32,000 nt of DNA from Promethearchaeum syntrophicum (GTDB lineage: Archaea; Asgardarchaeota; Lokiarchaeia; Sigyniarchaeales; Promethearchaeaceae), in contig NZ_CP042905.2 in the NCBI RefSeq assembly GCF_008000775.2, positions 270,001 through 302,000 of the forward strand. The letters run 5' to 3'. Shown here one piece after another: positions 18,142-28,077 of this stretch. Numbering within the stretch: position 1 is the first letter of the stretch; every line of letters starts with the position of its first letter. Both the position numbers and the translations under genes were made by a program. A model generated the notes under the pieces. That model had not been told where the DNA came from, did not search any database, and was given only the letters and a program-made list of their open reading frames with translations.

Positions 18142-19950
18142 TTAAATTAAACTAAGTAATGATGGTTGTAATTTGGTTACTTTTTCCCAAATTTCAGGAG
18201 GAAGAATTTCCAACCATTCTTTTTTATTAATTGGTCTTTTCAAAAGTATCGCTTTTGCCCTTTTTTTTCCGATTCCATCAATGATTTCTAACTCTCGTTG
18301 GCTTAATTCATTTAATATGATTGGTGTTTTTAAACAATTTAAAGATCTGAATCCATGATCAACAACCATTAGATTAAATTTTATTTTTAAATCCAATTTT
18401 CTAGGGACAAAACATGTTATTGGATATGTTCCTGGTTGCCGCAATAAAGTGCCATTACCATCGATTTTTTCTGCATAAACATTTTTTAATTCCCGACCAA
18501 CTGGATAGATTTTTTGAAGCATAGGATGGTCAATTTCGTTTCTTATAGTATCTTTCCATTTATAATACTTAGAAGCAAATTTGTTCAAGTGATTTTTTAT
18601 CTTTTTATTTAATCTGGGATTAAATCCTGCTGGTATAAGAAATTTCCTTAGGTTAATTCTCCTTATCCAATAGTTTTTCTTTAGAATTTTGTGAAGAAAT
18701 TGATAATTAAGGTTTAAAGATTCTTGAGTCTCTCCTGGTAATCCCATTATAAAATTTAATCCTGGCAAAAAGGCAGGATTTCCATTTTTTCCAATAAATT
18801 TTCCATATTTATTAATTACTGATAACGCTTCAAGTATCTCATCAGCTGAAGCTTTTAAATTATTCATTGATATTACATTAGAATCCACTGATTCTATTCC
18901 AATTGCTGCCACATTCCCTTCGGTGCAATATTTAATAATGCTCCTTGTTATTTTTTCTGCTTCCTTGGGATATAATGCAAAATTTAATGCATTTACATTA
19001 TCTATATGAAGTGTTCTAATATCCGGACAGGAATTTCGTATTTTTGATAATAAACTTTCAACTGCTTCAGGATTGGGTTTCGGATATCTTTTATTCTCAT
19101 AAAGACCGTGATTAAATGCATAAAAATCTGTTTGATTTCCTAAACGAAAATGCCTAACTCCTTTATTATAAAGTGATTCTATCTCTTTTACTATAGAATC
19201 AATTTTTCGATGAGCTGTTGGACCTTTTTTTGGTTCAACACAAAATAAACACCCTCCATTGATATATCTGGGGCATCCTCTAAAGGTTTCGATTTCGCAA
19301 ATTAAATTACCCCCTTCAAATCTAGAAAAATTAGGATGATGAATAATTAATTCTGCTCCAATAACTGAAAAATCCAAAATATCTTCCATATTTTCACGTT
19401 TTAATTGCAGAATTTTTTCCATATTTGGATTATTGCCTATTTCTTCATAATTATAAAAAATATTTTCATAATTTTGAAGAAGAGTGGAAAGTACAATTTC
19501 CGAATCCCCTTTAACTATTAAATCCCACTTATTTTCAAGATTCTCCAGTCTTTCAATAGGTATGCTCGGTTTCCCCCCTTCTTCTCCAATTCCAAAAATA
19601 GTTGACGGCCCACAAATAATTTTAAAACTTTCTGAAAAGAAATTTGAGATATGCTTTATATCCGAAAATCGTAAGGGAGTTCCACTAAGATATTTTCCGG
19701 GTACAGATACTCCTGATATCAATATTATAATGTTATTCTCTCTTAACCGATTTAACCCAATTGAGGCTTTATTTTGATAATTATCTTTTAAGACTTTACG
19801 TATCTGATCTATTGTTATATAATCAATTTCCCATGAAGGCTTAATTTTTTTAATGGCTCCATAAATATAACGGGGTAATGGTGCTAAAAATGGTGGAACT
19901 CCTAAGCAACTTGGTTGATCGATATATCCATCGATTATTAACACCCTCAT
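18142..19950 (-). CDS. radical SAM protein with C-terminal helix-hairpin-helix (COG1031-like)
   Basis: ETFRGCPRYINGGCLFCVEP (CX7CX2C), FRLGNQTDFYAF, LPGLNFIMGLPGET, C-terminal ELEIIDGIGKKRAKAI. Start taken as MRVLIIDGYIDQPSCLG at 19950; the track start at 20181 overlaps the divergent gene. Confidence 0.85.
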   Translation of the reverse strand: MRVLIIDGYIDQPSCLGVPPFLAPLPRYIYGAIKKIKPSWEIDYITIDQIRKVLKDNYQNKASIGLNRLRENNIIILISGVSVPGKYLSGTPLRFSDIKHISNFFSESFKIICGPSTIFGIGEEGGKPSIPIERLENLENKWDLIVKGDSEIVLSTLLQNYENIFYNYEEIGNNPNMEKILQLKRENMEDILDFSVIGAELIIHHPNFSRFEGGNLICEIETFRGCPRYINGGCLFCVEPKKGPTAHRKIDSIVKEIESLYNKGVRHFRLGNQTDFYAFNHGLYENKRYPKPNPEAVESLLSKIRNSCPDIRTLHIDNVNALNFALYPKEAEKITRSIIKYCTEGNVAAIGIESVDSNVISMNNLKASADEILEALSVINKYGKFIGKNGNPAFLPGLNFIMGLPGETQESLNLNYQFLHKILKKNYWIRRINLRKFLIPAGFNPRLNKKIKNHLNKFASKYYKWKDTIRNEIDHPMLQKIYPVGRELKNVYAEKIDGNGTLLRQPGTYPITCFVPRKLDLKIKFNLMVVDHGFRSLNCLKTPIILNELSQRELEIIDGIGKKRAKAILLKRPINKKEWLEILPPEIWEKVTKLQPSLLSLI

Positions 19951-20023
19951 TATTCTTTTTCTAATTAACACTTTCATTAATCTTTTTCTAAGAAATTTTA
20001 AGGATTGAATACATTTTTGACAT

Positions 20024-21139
20024 ATGGACAATAGAGTGAAACGGGCGATAATCGTTGGAATCGGAGGCCATGCACATGTTTGGAAGAAGGCTTTAGATGA
20101 ACATCCTGATTGGGAATTAGCAGCAATTGTCGACACCGACACCGATAAACTCGAACATGCACCTAATAGCTGGGGGATCAATAGAAAGGAAGCATTTACA
20201 AGTATCGAAGAAGCGATTCAATTTGGAAAAGGACCCCATGACTTAGCAATACTCGTTACCCCTACATACACACATCATGTTCTTGCAATGGAATCTCTTG
20301 AGGTAGGTTTAAATGTTATAAGTGAAAAAAACCTTGCTTCCAGCATTGATCAAGGTAGACAAATGGTTAAAGCTGCAAAGGCAAATCCACATTTGTGCAC
20401 CGCTGCAGGAACTCAAACAAGATATTTTCCTCAAAATTGGAGTTTAAAGAAATACTATCTCGAAAATAAAAAGACTTTAGGAAGAATTACATCATTAAAT
20501 TTCTCGTATTTATATAATTGGGGAAAAACTCGGCAAGGCTGGCGAAGGTGGCTTAGAGATTTATTTTTAGAAGATATGGCACCTCATCATTTTGATCTAA
20601 TGCGATACTTAACTGATATGGACATTGTTCAAATTCAAGGAGCCACAAATTTCAAACCCACTTTCTCATATTTCAAAGGGTCGTCTACTACCTTTGCAGT
20701 ATTTGCACTTTCAACTCCAGAAAATTATGAAAACCCTGATAACTGGATTTATGCAACATATAGAGGAGATTGGCAAAAAAAGGGAAAATTACAACATACT
20801 GTTGAATTAAATTATGAAGGTGGAGAATTAAATCTAATAGAACAAAAAAAAGAAAAAAAAATTGAAATCTCAATTTTTGATGATGCTGAAGGTTTCCAAT
20901 ATCATAATAAGCCTGTTCCAATAACATCTGATGTAGAATTCAATAAGAAAAATTATTCTTCAGAATTGTTCTTGCTAGAAGAAATGTCTATAGGAATTGA
21001 TTCCAAGGGTAAAATTCAACCAAAGACGAATTACAATGATGCTATTAAATCTTTCGCTGTTTCACGAGGGATAGTTGAGAGTTTTGAAACTGGGAAATCA
21101 GTATATCTTCCAAAATATTGGAAAAATTTACTTGGATAA
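20024..21139 (+). CDS. Gfo/Idh/MocA family NAD(P)-dependent oxidoreductase
   Basis: N-terminal Rossmann RAIIVGIGGHAHVWKKAL...LAAIVDTD; VISEKNLASSIDQGRQMV; APHHFDLMRYLTD. Confidence 0.85.
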   Translation: MDNRVKRAIIVGIGGHAHVWKKALDEHPDWELAAIVDTDTDKLEHAPNSWGINRKEAFTSIEEAIQFGKGPHDLAILVTPTYTHHVLAMESLEVGLNVISEKNLASSIDQGRQMVKAAKANPHLCTAAGTQTRYFPQNWSLKKYYLENKKTLGRITSLNFSYLYNWGKTRQGWRRWLRDLFLEDMAPHHFDLMRYLTDMDIVQIQGATNFKPTFSYFKGSSTTFAVFALSTPENYENPDNWIYATYRGDWQKKGKLQHTVELNYEGGELNLIEQKKEKKIEISIFDDAEGFQYHNKPVPITSDVEFNKKNYSSELFLLEEMSIGIDSKGKIQPKTNYNDAIKSFAVSRGIVESFETGKSVYLPKYWKNLLG

Positions 21140-21191
21140 TTAAAAAATCTAAAAAAATTGGAATTTAAAATGTATGCCATTTTATTTTTTT

Positions 21192-22244
21192 CTATTCTTC
21201 ATCATTTGAAGAATCATCAATTGGAGAGTCATTATTTGAAGTATCGTTAATCCCAAGTTGGTTGATCATTTGCTTCTTTAATGTTGAAAGATCTCTTGAA
21301 AGTCCAAAAGTATCTGAAAAATTCTCAGTTGTCATCAATTCATAAGATCTTCCCTTTTTCATTGCACTAATAAACCCTCTATCCAATAAAAACTTAACAT
21401 GTTCATATGCTCCCGATCCCCGAATTTTTATTAATTTGGATTTTAGAATCGGTTGTTTTAAAGCAATAATTGTTAGAGTTTTCAAATGCCTGTCTGGTAT
21501 AAGCCCTCCAGTAGCAAATTTTTTAACATTAGGGGTATATTCTGGTTTAATTTGAAGGCTGAATTTATCTTGAATCTGGACAATCTCTAATGCAGTTGCA
21601 CGCATCAAATAATCCAACATTAACTCTTCTAAATTCTTTTCTAAATCTTTTTTCTTAATTTCTGTTTTTATATTAAGTTCTTCTATCGAGATAGGACGAC
21701 CCGCTACAAAAAGAGCACCCTCAATAATATTCTTCATTCGAGAGTTTTCATCAATTTCTTCTGAAACTAACTCTTCCGTTGATAATTCATCACTAACTGC
21801 GGGGGTTTCTAGTGCTTCTGGATTATCTTCATCTATAAATTCTTCGATAGATTCATGAGTTATCTCCTCTCCAGGAATATTATTATCTAATTCTTCATAA
21901 TTTTCTGGAGCTTCTTCTCGTTCTTCTTCCTTCTCTCCCTCTTCTTCTATTAATTCCTTTTCAGCAGGTAAACTCTCAATTTCTTTATCAATTTCTTCTA
22001 AATCAGCTAAAATTTCTTGTTCAATTACATCTTGATCTTTTTCAATATTTTCTTCTTTTGGTTCCGGTTCTTCAATCCTATCTATTTGATGTTCTTCAAT
22101 TGGGGCTTCATCTTCTTCTTCTGCTTCTTCATCTTGATCTAAATCGTCTGGTTCTTGCTGATCACTATTTTCTTCTTCAATTTCATCTAATTCTGGGATT
22201 TCATCATTAATTTCTTTGTTTAAATCATGTTCTTCTTCAAGCAT
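21192..22244 (-). CDS. scpB: segregation and condensation protein B with long acidic N-terminal tail
   Basis: NIIEGALFVAGRPISIEEL...RHLKTLTIIALKQPILKSKLIKIRGSGAYEHVKFLLDRGFI (winged helices); third gene of smc-scpA-scpB. Confidence 0.88.
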   Translation of the reverse strand: MLEEEHDLNKEINDEIPELDEIEEENSDQQEPDDLDQDEEAEEEDEAPIEEHQIDRIEEPEPKEENIEKDQDVIEQEILADLEEIDKEIESLPAEKELIEEEGEKEEEREEAPENYEELDNNIPGEEITHESIEEFIDEDNPEALETPAVSDELSTEELVSEEIDENSRMKNIIEGALFVAGRPISIEELNIKTEIKKKDLEKNLEELMLDYLMRATALEIVQIQDKFSLQIKPEYTPNVKKFATGGLIPDRHLKTLTIIALKQPILKSKLIKIRGSGAYEHVKFLLDRGFISAMKKGRSYELMTTENFSDTFGLSRDLSTLKKQMINQLGINDTSNNDSPIDDSSNDEE

Positions 22245-22269
22245 TATATTTCACCTTATTAATATTATA

Positions 22270-23328
22270 TTAACTTAAATTGATGCTAGTTTTATCGACA
22301 AGAGTTACCTCAATTGGGCTCCGCATCGTTCTTTGAGCCATTGTTACTTTATTTAAAGATGCTAAAAATAACAACTCTTCAAAAAGTTGAATGTAATTTA
22401 CCTTTTTCTTCAGTATTGCTTGATCTTCTTGATAAATCATTTTTTTTAGTAATGCAACGGAAAAAGTTTGGCCATCTTTATTCATGCGAATGATTTCCTT
22501 TATTTTTTGATGCGTTTTTTGAAGTCGTTCTTCAATAGTTAATTCGCTCCCAGTAATATGCTTCAAAATTTCAGCAGGTAGTTTTCCTTTTCCCCGTATC
22601 TTAATTTGTTTTTCTCGTTTAGCAAGACTGCGTTCACGCCTAATTCTTAATTTTTCGCGTTTTTGCATAGTTTCAATAATTGCTCTCCTCATTGCACCAA
22701 ACAATTCACTCGAGGTTGCAATTTTTCGACTTTCTCGTAAAGGCTGTGCTATGGCTCTAGGAATTTCTCTTCGTAAACGCGCGCGTGCCTCTTCTCTTTG
22801 AATATGTTCCTCTTCTGCTATCACACTTGTGATTTTCTTATGATAAAATTTCGCAGATGAATAGATCGCTAGCCCAGATATACGAAAATCGATTAATTCT
22901 TCAGTTAACATCTTGTCAATAAATTCTTCTATTAATTTGCTTATATCGAATTTCGCCAGATCTACATTACTCGCCAGATCAGGATCCAATAAAGATCGCC
23001 ATGGTTCCTCAATCCACCATTTTCCTGATTTTTCAAGCACTTCATTTTCATTAATCTCTGAATTATCCTCAATTTCTGCCCCGACTGTAATGACTTCCTT
23101 AATAACAGGTTCTACTTCTTCTTTTTTGACTTTTTTCTTTGATTTTTTCTTATCTACTTTTGGAGATTCTTTCTTTTGATCTGATTTTGGCTTCTCAATT
23201 TTACCAGTTAAACTTGTTTGCTTTAATTTTGTTGTCTTTGCTTTTCTAGTCTTTTTTTTACTAGATTTCTTTGAGGTTGTAGGTTTTTTAGTTGTTTTTT
23301 TTTTCTTTTTTGTTGTTTTCTTTGCCAT
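22270..23328 (-). CDS. scpA: segregation and condensation protein A (kleisin) with Lys-rich N-terminal tail
   Basis: Located between smc and scpB on the same strand; DISKLIEEFIDKMLTEELIDFRISGLAIYSSAKFYHKK and C-terminal winged-helix-like segment VNYIQLFEELLFLASLNKVTMAQ. Confidence 0.82.
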   Translation of the reverse strand: MAKKTTKKKKKTTKKPTTSKKSSKKKTRKAKTTKLKQTSLTGKIEKPKSDQKKESPKVDKKKSKKKVKKEEVEPVIKEVITVGAEIEDNSEINENEVLEKSGKWWIEEPWRSLLDPDLASNVDLAKFDISKLIEEFIDKMLTEELIDFRISGLAIYSSAKFYHKKITSVIAEEEHIQREEARARLRREIPRAIAQPLRESRKIATSSELFGAMRRAIIETMQKREKLRIRRERSLAKREKQIKIRGKGKLPAEILKHITGSELTIEERLQKTHQKIKEIIRMNKDGQTFSVALLKKMIYQEDQAILKKKVNYIQLFEELLFLASLNKVTMAQRTMRSPIEVTLVDKTSINLS

Positions 23329-23345
23329 CCTTCAATTCCTCTCCT

Positions 23346-26300
23346 CTATTCATCAAGTACATCAGTGACTATTGGGGAATCTAAATCTGCATCATCAATT
23401 CCCTCTATTTTAGATCCAAAATCATCGCGATCCTTTTCTTCCTCCAGATCCACATTAAAAATATCGGTAATTCCATCATTCATCGCAACTCCATATATTA
23501 TTTCGGAATTTGTAATATTCTCCTCTCGGTGTGAAATCACCAAAAATTGACTCTGAGACGCATATTCCTTAATAACCATCGACACACGATACACATTTGG
23601 GCCGTCTAAAGCCGCATCTATTTCATCCATGATGTAAAAAGGCGCTGGGTAGAAATTCTGGACTGCGAAAATAAAACTTAAGGCCACCAGTGTTTTTTCA
23701 CCACCTGATAAGATAGTCAAAGATGAAATTTTCTTTCCTCTCGGACGCGCTTCGATGGTAATCCCCCCTTCAAATGGATGAGCCGGATTTTCTAAAATCA
23801 TTTTCGCCGATCCTCCTGGACTAAGCTTTTGGAACACAGCACTAAAAACTCGATTAATCTCATGATAAGCTTTCATGAAGTTTCGCGTTTTTTCCAATTC
23901 AATCCTTTCTATACTATCCAATATTGCTTTTCTTTCACGTTGTAACGTTTGTCTACGCATATCTATTTCATCCCATCTTTCTCTAACTTGTTCGAACTCC
24001 TCGATAGATTTCAGGTTGACTGGTTCTAATGCTGTGCGTTCAGTCGTTACTTTGTTGATTGAATTAGTGAGTTGGGTTTCATCTAAATCATCAGAAACAG
24101 GAGGCAATGTTCCGAATTCTTTTGATTTTTCAAAATATTCATCGATTTTTTCCTCAACATAGATTTTTTCATTTTCTAAATTATTAAATTTCGTGGTATT
24201 CATCGATAAATCTGTGTTAAGTTCCCCTAGTTCATCCCTTAGACTTTTTTGTTTTTCCCAAGACTCGTTAATTTGTGTATTTAATTCTGTTATTGCGTTT
24301 GATTTTTCGGTTCTTTCTTCTTCAAATTTTCCAATTTCTTCAGTTATATATTTAATGCTATCTTCAAAATCAATAATACCATCCTGCAAATCAATGACTT
24401 CACTTTTCATATTCTCAATTTCAATAGCACGATCCTTCATTTGTTGTTGCTTATCACGTTTTTTGTCCAATGCATTCTTTTCATTGGTGAGATCTGAAAG
24501 TGTTCCCCTTTGTTCATTCTCTTTTTGTTCGAGATCTTTGCGTTCTGATTGAATTCCTTCAATTTCAGTATTCTTTACATTGATTTGCTCATCAAATTTC
24601 TCGATATCCGCCTCGAAAGTGGTGATTTTTTCTTTATCTTCATTAATTGTCTCAGTAAATTCTTCATTTTCTAATTTTAGGTTTTCAATATCAGAAATGA
24701 GCTTTTGCACATTTTCTAAATCTTTGAGTTTTGAAATGCTCTCGTTAAATTTCTCATTTTCCCCTTCAATTTGCGCTTCAAGATCGGTTCTAATATCCTC
24801 TGCCGATTCCCTATCCTGTTTTATTTTGCTTATTTTCTCATTTACAGATTTTGTTTCTTCTTGAGCTTTTGTATTACTTTGATTCAGTTCTTCAATAGAT
24901 TTCTTCTTATTCTTAATATTTTCGCGCAATTTTTCTTGATCTTTTGTTGCACTCTCAATATCCTCAAGAAATCGTTTAACTGTGCCTAATGAATTCAGGT
25001 CAGAAATAATACCATTTAATTCCTCTGATTTCGAGTCAATAAGTGATTGTAAATCTTTACTAGATTTCCAAAAATCATCGGAAAATTGTTTAATCTCTGT
25101 AAATTTTGTATTGATATCCTCAATTTCTTTTTTCAGAGTTTCAATTTTGGTGGCTTTTTCCTCTATTTCTATATTACCGTTCTTAATTTTTTCTGTATTG
25201 TCTTCAAAATTTTGAGTTAAATCTTTAAGATCTCTTTTTAAAGTGGCATTTCGATCTTCCTTTTGCTCTAAATTGCTCTCAATCTTTGTTAGTTTATTTG
25301 AAATCTCTAATAATTGGTTTTGTTCTCTTTGAATGCTTTCATTTAACGAATCTAATAACCGATATTGCTCTGATGTATCGGAAACTCCTAACGCCTGAAT
25401 TGCAATTCTAATAGAAGCAAAAACCTCTGTAAAATCTAATACAAAATTATCAAAATTTGATGTAGACTCCACCAATGCTTCTTCACTTGCATCGCGTACG
25501 ACCTCATTTAATTGCTGGATGGGTTGATCCGAATTTTCAATTAAGAAATTTAGTGTAGTGACCACTTGCTCCAATTCAATTTTTATTTCTTCGGCTTCCT
25601 TTGTAGATATTTCTTCAATAGTCCCTAACATGTCGGTAATATCCATCACGAATGATCTTAAAACCGATTCTGATTCGTCAATAGCCACCTGAGTGGCATT
25701 TTGAATATCACTTTTGATATTCCCCGCAGATCGGTCAATATTCTGGATTAATTCATGAACCGTTGTCATTACACTTTCTAACTCATGTGACGATTCCGCC
25801 TGTTCATCCGCCTTTTTATCAATTTTTTCTTGGAGATCTTCCCTATCTGTATTTAATTTCTCCAATTTTTTATTTATATTTTTAGCTTGCTCACTCAGTT
25901 TTTCTTTTTCTATCGTTAAAACATTAATTTCATCCGTTAAATTTGTGTTATGAAGGGTTTTTTCATTTTTCTCGCGCTCGCTTTTCTTTACTTCGCCTTG
26001 AGCATTTTTCAAATCATATTTTACATTTGAGATCCGCTTTTCTAAATCCGCCACTTCATTTTCTAATGATCGTCGTTTTATTTCAAAAGTTTCCTTCTTA
26101 TTTTGCGAATTTTTTTGCTCATCATTTGCCTTCTTCAATTTATTCTTGGCTTCCGCTAATTCGTTATTGAGCAGCGCCTCTTTACTTTTTAAGCCTTTGA
26201 CTTGATCTTCAACCGGGTTCCCTTTTGTGAGTCTATCATATTCTTTTTGAAATCCTTCTTTCTTCTCTTCCAGATCGTTTATTTGTCCATCAAACAGATT

Positions 26301-27827
26301 GATTTCTGCACTCGCTGAAGATACTGAAGCCTGAATATCAGCTTGTCTTTGCATTGCTTTATCTCTGTCAACTTCTGCTTTTTTAATTTCCTCATCCAAT
26401 TCTTTTTGCTGATTTTTTTGCTCTTCAATCTTATTCTTCAAGTCATTTATTGCCCCGCTGATTTCATCCTTCTCTGCTTGGGCTGCCTTAATAGCCTCGT
26501 CAATTGACTCATCTTCTTTCTTAAGTTTTGCCAACTCTTTTTCCAATTTCGTCAATTTTTTGGTATTTTTCGTAATATTTTTGTTGGACAGATTGATTTC
26601 AGTTGATAATCCTTTTATATCTTGCTTTACTTTCGAAATTTCTTTATTTATTCCGGTTTTCTGCTCATTGATCTCGGCTATTTGGATTTCTCGCTTTTTC
26701 TGCTCTTGAATTGTTTCATTAATGATTTCAGAAGTTTCATCCATCCGCTGCTCCACAACATCTATCTCCCCTGAAGACAATGCTATTAAATCATCGAATG
26801 TTTGCCCCTCTTCCAATTTCTCTTGGAGATTTTGCAATTTTTCAATATTGGCTTCCAGTCGCTTTAAATTCTCCTTTGTTGCTTCCAAGGTCGCCTCTTT
26901 TGCCGACAAATCGGATCTTTGCTGGCTGATATCCTCCTCAATTTTGGCCTTTTCCCCTTCTACCCCGGCTAAATCTTCTTTAATATTATTTAACAGTAAA
27001 TTTTCGGTTTCAATCTTCTCTTTCTGCCGATCTATTCGCGATTTCAACTCGTCCATCACTAATTGGGTTGATTCGATATCAGCTCCGATTTCTTCCTCTC
27101 GCTGGCGTAGATGAAAGATTTTCAGCGCAATCAGCTGCGCATTATATTGTTTGATTAAATTATCCAACTGTTTCCATTGGAGTGCATCATTTTTCTCCTT
27201 TTCGACCTTCTTTAACTGCTGTGACACTTCTTTGAAAATTGCCTCGAATTGCCCCAAATCTGTATCTGCTTTCTCCAGCTCTTTGAGGGTCCGCGCCTTC
27301 ATCTGATCATACTTTTCTAGTCCAATAAGGGTTTCAATGAAAATCCGCCGATTCACCGTATTCATATGAGTCAGTTCGACAATTTTTCCTTGGAGAATAA
27401 ATTGATTTGAGCCATCTGGATCAATATTTGCCTGCGCCAGTGCATTTAGCAGGATTTCGCGGGTAGTTTTTTTTCCTTGAATCTTATATCCTGATTGTCC
27501 CTTCGCTTTGACCCACCGTGTTATGTCATATTCATCGCTGTCTTCTGGAAACTCTCGATTCCTATTGTCGAACGTTAATGTTACCTCTGCTCTGGTTGCT
27601 GCTTTAGCTGTTTTTGAACCCGCAAATATGAGATCTGTTAAGGCGCGCGCGCGCATTGTTTTTTTCGACATACGCCCCAGTGCAAAACAGAGAGCGTCTA
27701 TGATGTTGCTTTTACCGTTTCCGTTTGGACCGATGATACATGTAAATCCTTTAGCAAGTGAGACAGAGACAGTGCGATTTCCGAAGCTTTTAAAACCAGT
27801 CATGGTAACGCGTTTAATGAAAGTCAT
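23346..27827 (-). CDS. smc: chromosome segregation protein SMC (1493 aa)
   Basis: Walker A GPNGNGKSN, Q-loop-like FILQGKI, signature LSGGEKTLVALSF, Walker B PFYIMDEIDAALD, long coiled coils. Confidence 0.95.
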   Translation of the reverse strand: MTFIKRVTMTGFKSFGNRTVSVSLAKGFTCIIGPNGNGKSNIIDALCFALGRMSKKTMRARALTDLIFAGSKTAKAATRAEVTLTFDNRNREFPEDSDEYDITRWVKAKGQSGYKIQGKKTTREILLNALAQANIDPDGSNQFILQGKIVELTHMNTVNRRIFIETLIGLEKYDQMKARTLKELEKADTDLGQFEAIFKEVSQQLKKVEKEKNDALQWKQLDNLIKQYNAQLIALKIFHLRQREEEIGADIESTQLVMDELKSRIDRQKEKIETENLLLNNIKEDLAGVEGEKAKIEEDISQQRSDLSAKEATLEATKENLKRLEANIEKLQNLQEKLEEGQTFDDLIALSSGEIDVVEQRMDETSEIINETIQEQKKREIQIAEINEQKTGINKEISKVKQDIKGLSTEINLSNKNITKNTKKLTKLEKELAKLKKEDESIDEAIKAAQAEKDEISGAINDLKNKIEEQKNQQKELDEEIKKAEVDRDKAMQRQADIQASVSSASAEINLFDGQINDLEEKKEGFQKEYDRLTKGNPVEDQVKGLKSKEALLNNELAEAKNKLKKANDEQKNSQNKKETFEIKRRSLENEVADLEKRISNVKYDLKNAQGEVKKSEREKNEKTLHNTNLTDEINVLTIEKEKLSEQAKNINKKLEKLNTDREDLQEKIDKKADEQAESSHELESVMTTVHELIQNIDRSAGNIKSDIQNATQVAIDESESVLRSFVMDITDMLGTIEEISTKEAEEIKIELEQVVTTLNFLIENSDQPIQQLNEVVRDASEEALVESTSNFDNFVLDFTEVFASIRIAIQALGVSDTSEQYRLLDSLNESIQREQNQLLEISNKLTKIESNLEQKEDRNATLKRDLKDLTQNFEDNTEKIKNGNIEIEEKATKIETLKKEIEDINTKFTEIKQFSDDFWKSSKDLQSLIDSKSEELNGIISDLNSLGTVKRFLEDIESATKDQEKLRENIKNKKKSIEELNQSNTKAQEETKSVNEKISKIKQDRESAEDIRTDLEAQIEGENEKFNESISKLKDLENVQKLISDIENLKLENEEFTETINEDKEKITTFEADIEKFDEQINVKNTEIEGIQSERKDLEQKENEQRGTLSDLTNEKNALDKKRDKQQQMKDRAIEIENMKSEVIDLQDGIIDFEDSIKYITEEIGKFEEERTEKSNAITELNTQINESWEKQKSLRDELGELNTDLSMNTTKFNNLENEKIYVEEKIDEYFEKSKEFGTLPPVSDDLDETQLTNSINKVTTERTALEPVNLKSIEEFEQVRERWDEIDMRRQTLQRERKAILDSIERIELEKTRNFMKAYHEINRVFSAVFQKLSPGGSAKMILENPAHPFEGGITIEARPRGKKISSLTILSGGEKTLVALSFIFAVQNFYPAPFYIMDEIDAALDGPNVYRVSMVIKEYASQSQFLVISHREENITNSEIIYGVAMNDGITDIFNVDLEEEKDRDDFGSKIEGIDDADLDSPIVTDVLDE

Positions 27828-28077
27828 GTGGGTGGGCTCTTTTTATATTAGGTAGGGGGATTTTTTGGTGCTTATAAGGGGAAAAAGATTTCTAATGCTA
27901 TAGACCTTATGCTTATATAAGAATTAATTGTCGTATTTAAAAGCATTAACTCTTTGCGAGAAATTTATCATAAGAAAATGATCGGTATTTGGTGCCGACT
28001 TCAATTTTCTGGGTTATTTTAAAGGATGGGAAGAAGTCGATATATAGTCAAAAGGAAAAGGAATGCTATTAAAAAAT

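Noticed and set aside
20025-20181. Extended N-terminus of the radical SAM ORF (MIPQLLGACSSL...)
   Set aside because: Overlaps the Gfo/Idh/MocA start region; the conserved start MRVLIIDGYIDQP is at 19950.
27640-27660. GCGCGCGCGC run inside smc (possible Z-DNA or repeat)
   Set aside because: It simply encodes part of MRARALTD in frame; too short and explained by coding.
23365-27855. Numerous + strand ORFs antisense to smc (60-130 aa, Ser/Phe-rich)
   Set aside because: Composition mirrors the Glu/Lys-rich coiled coil on the opposite strand; typical shadow ORFs with no plausible start context or domain.
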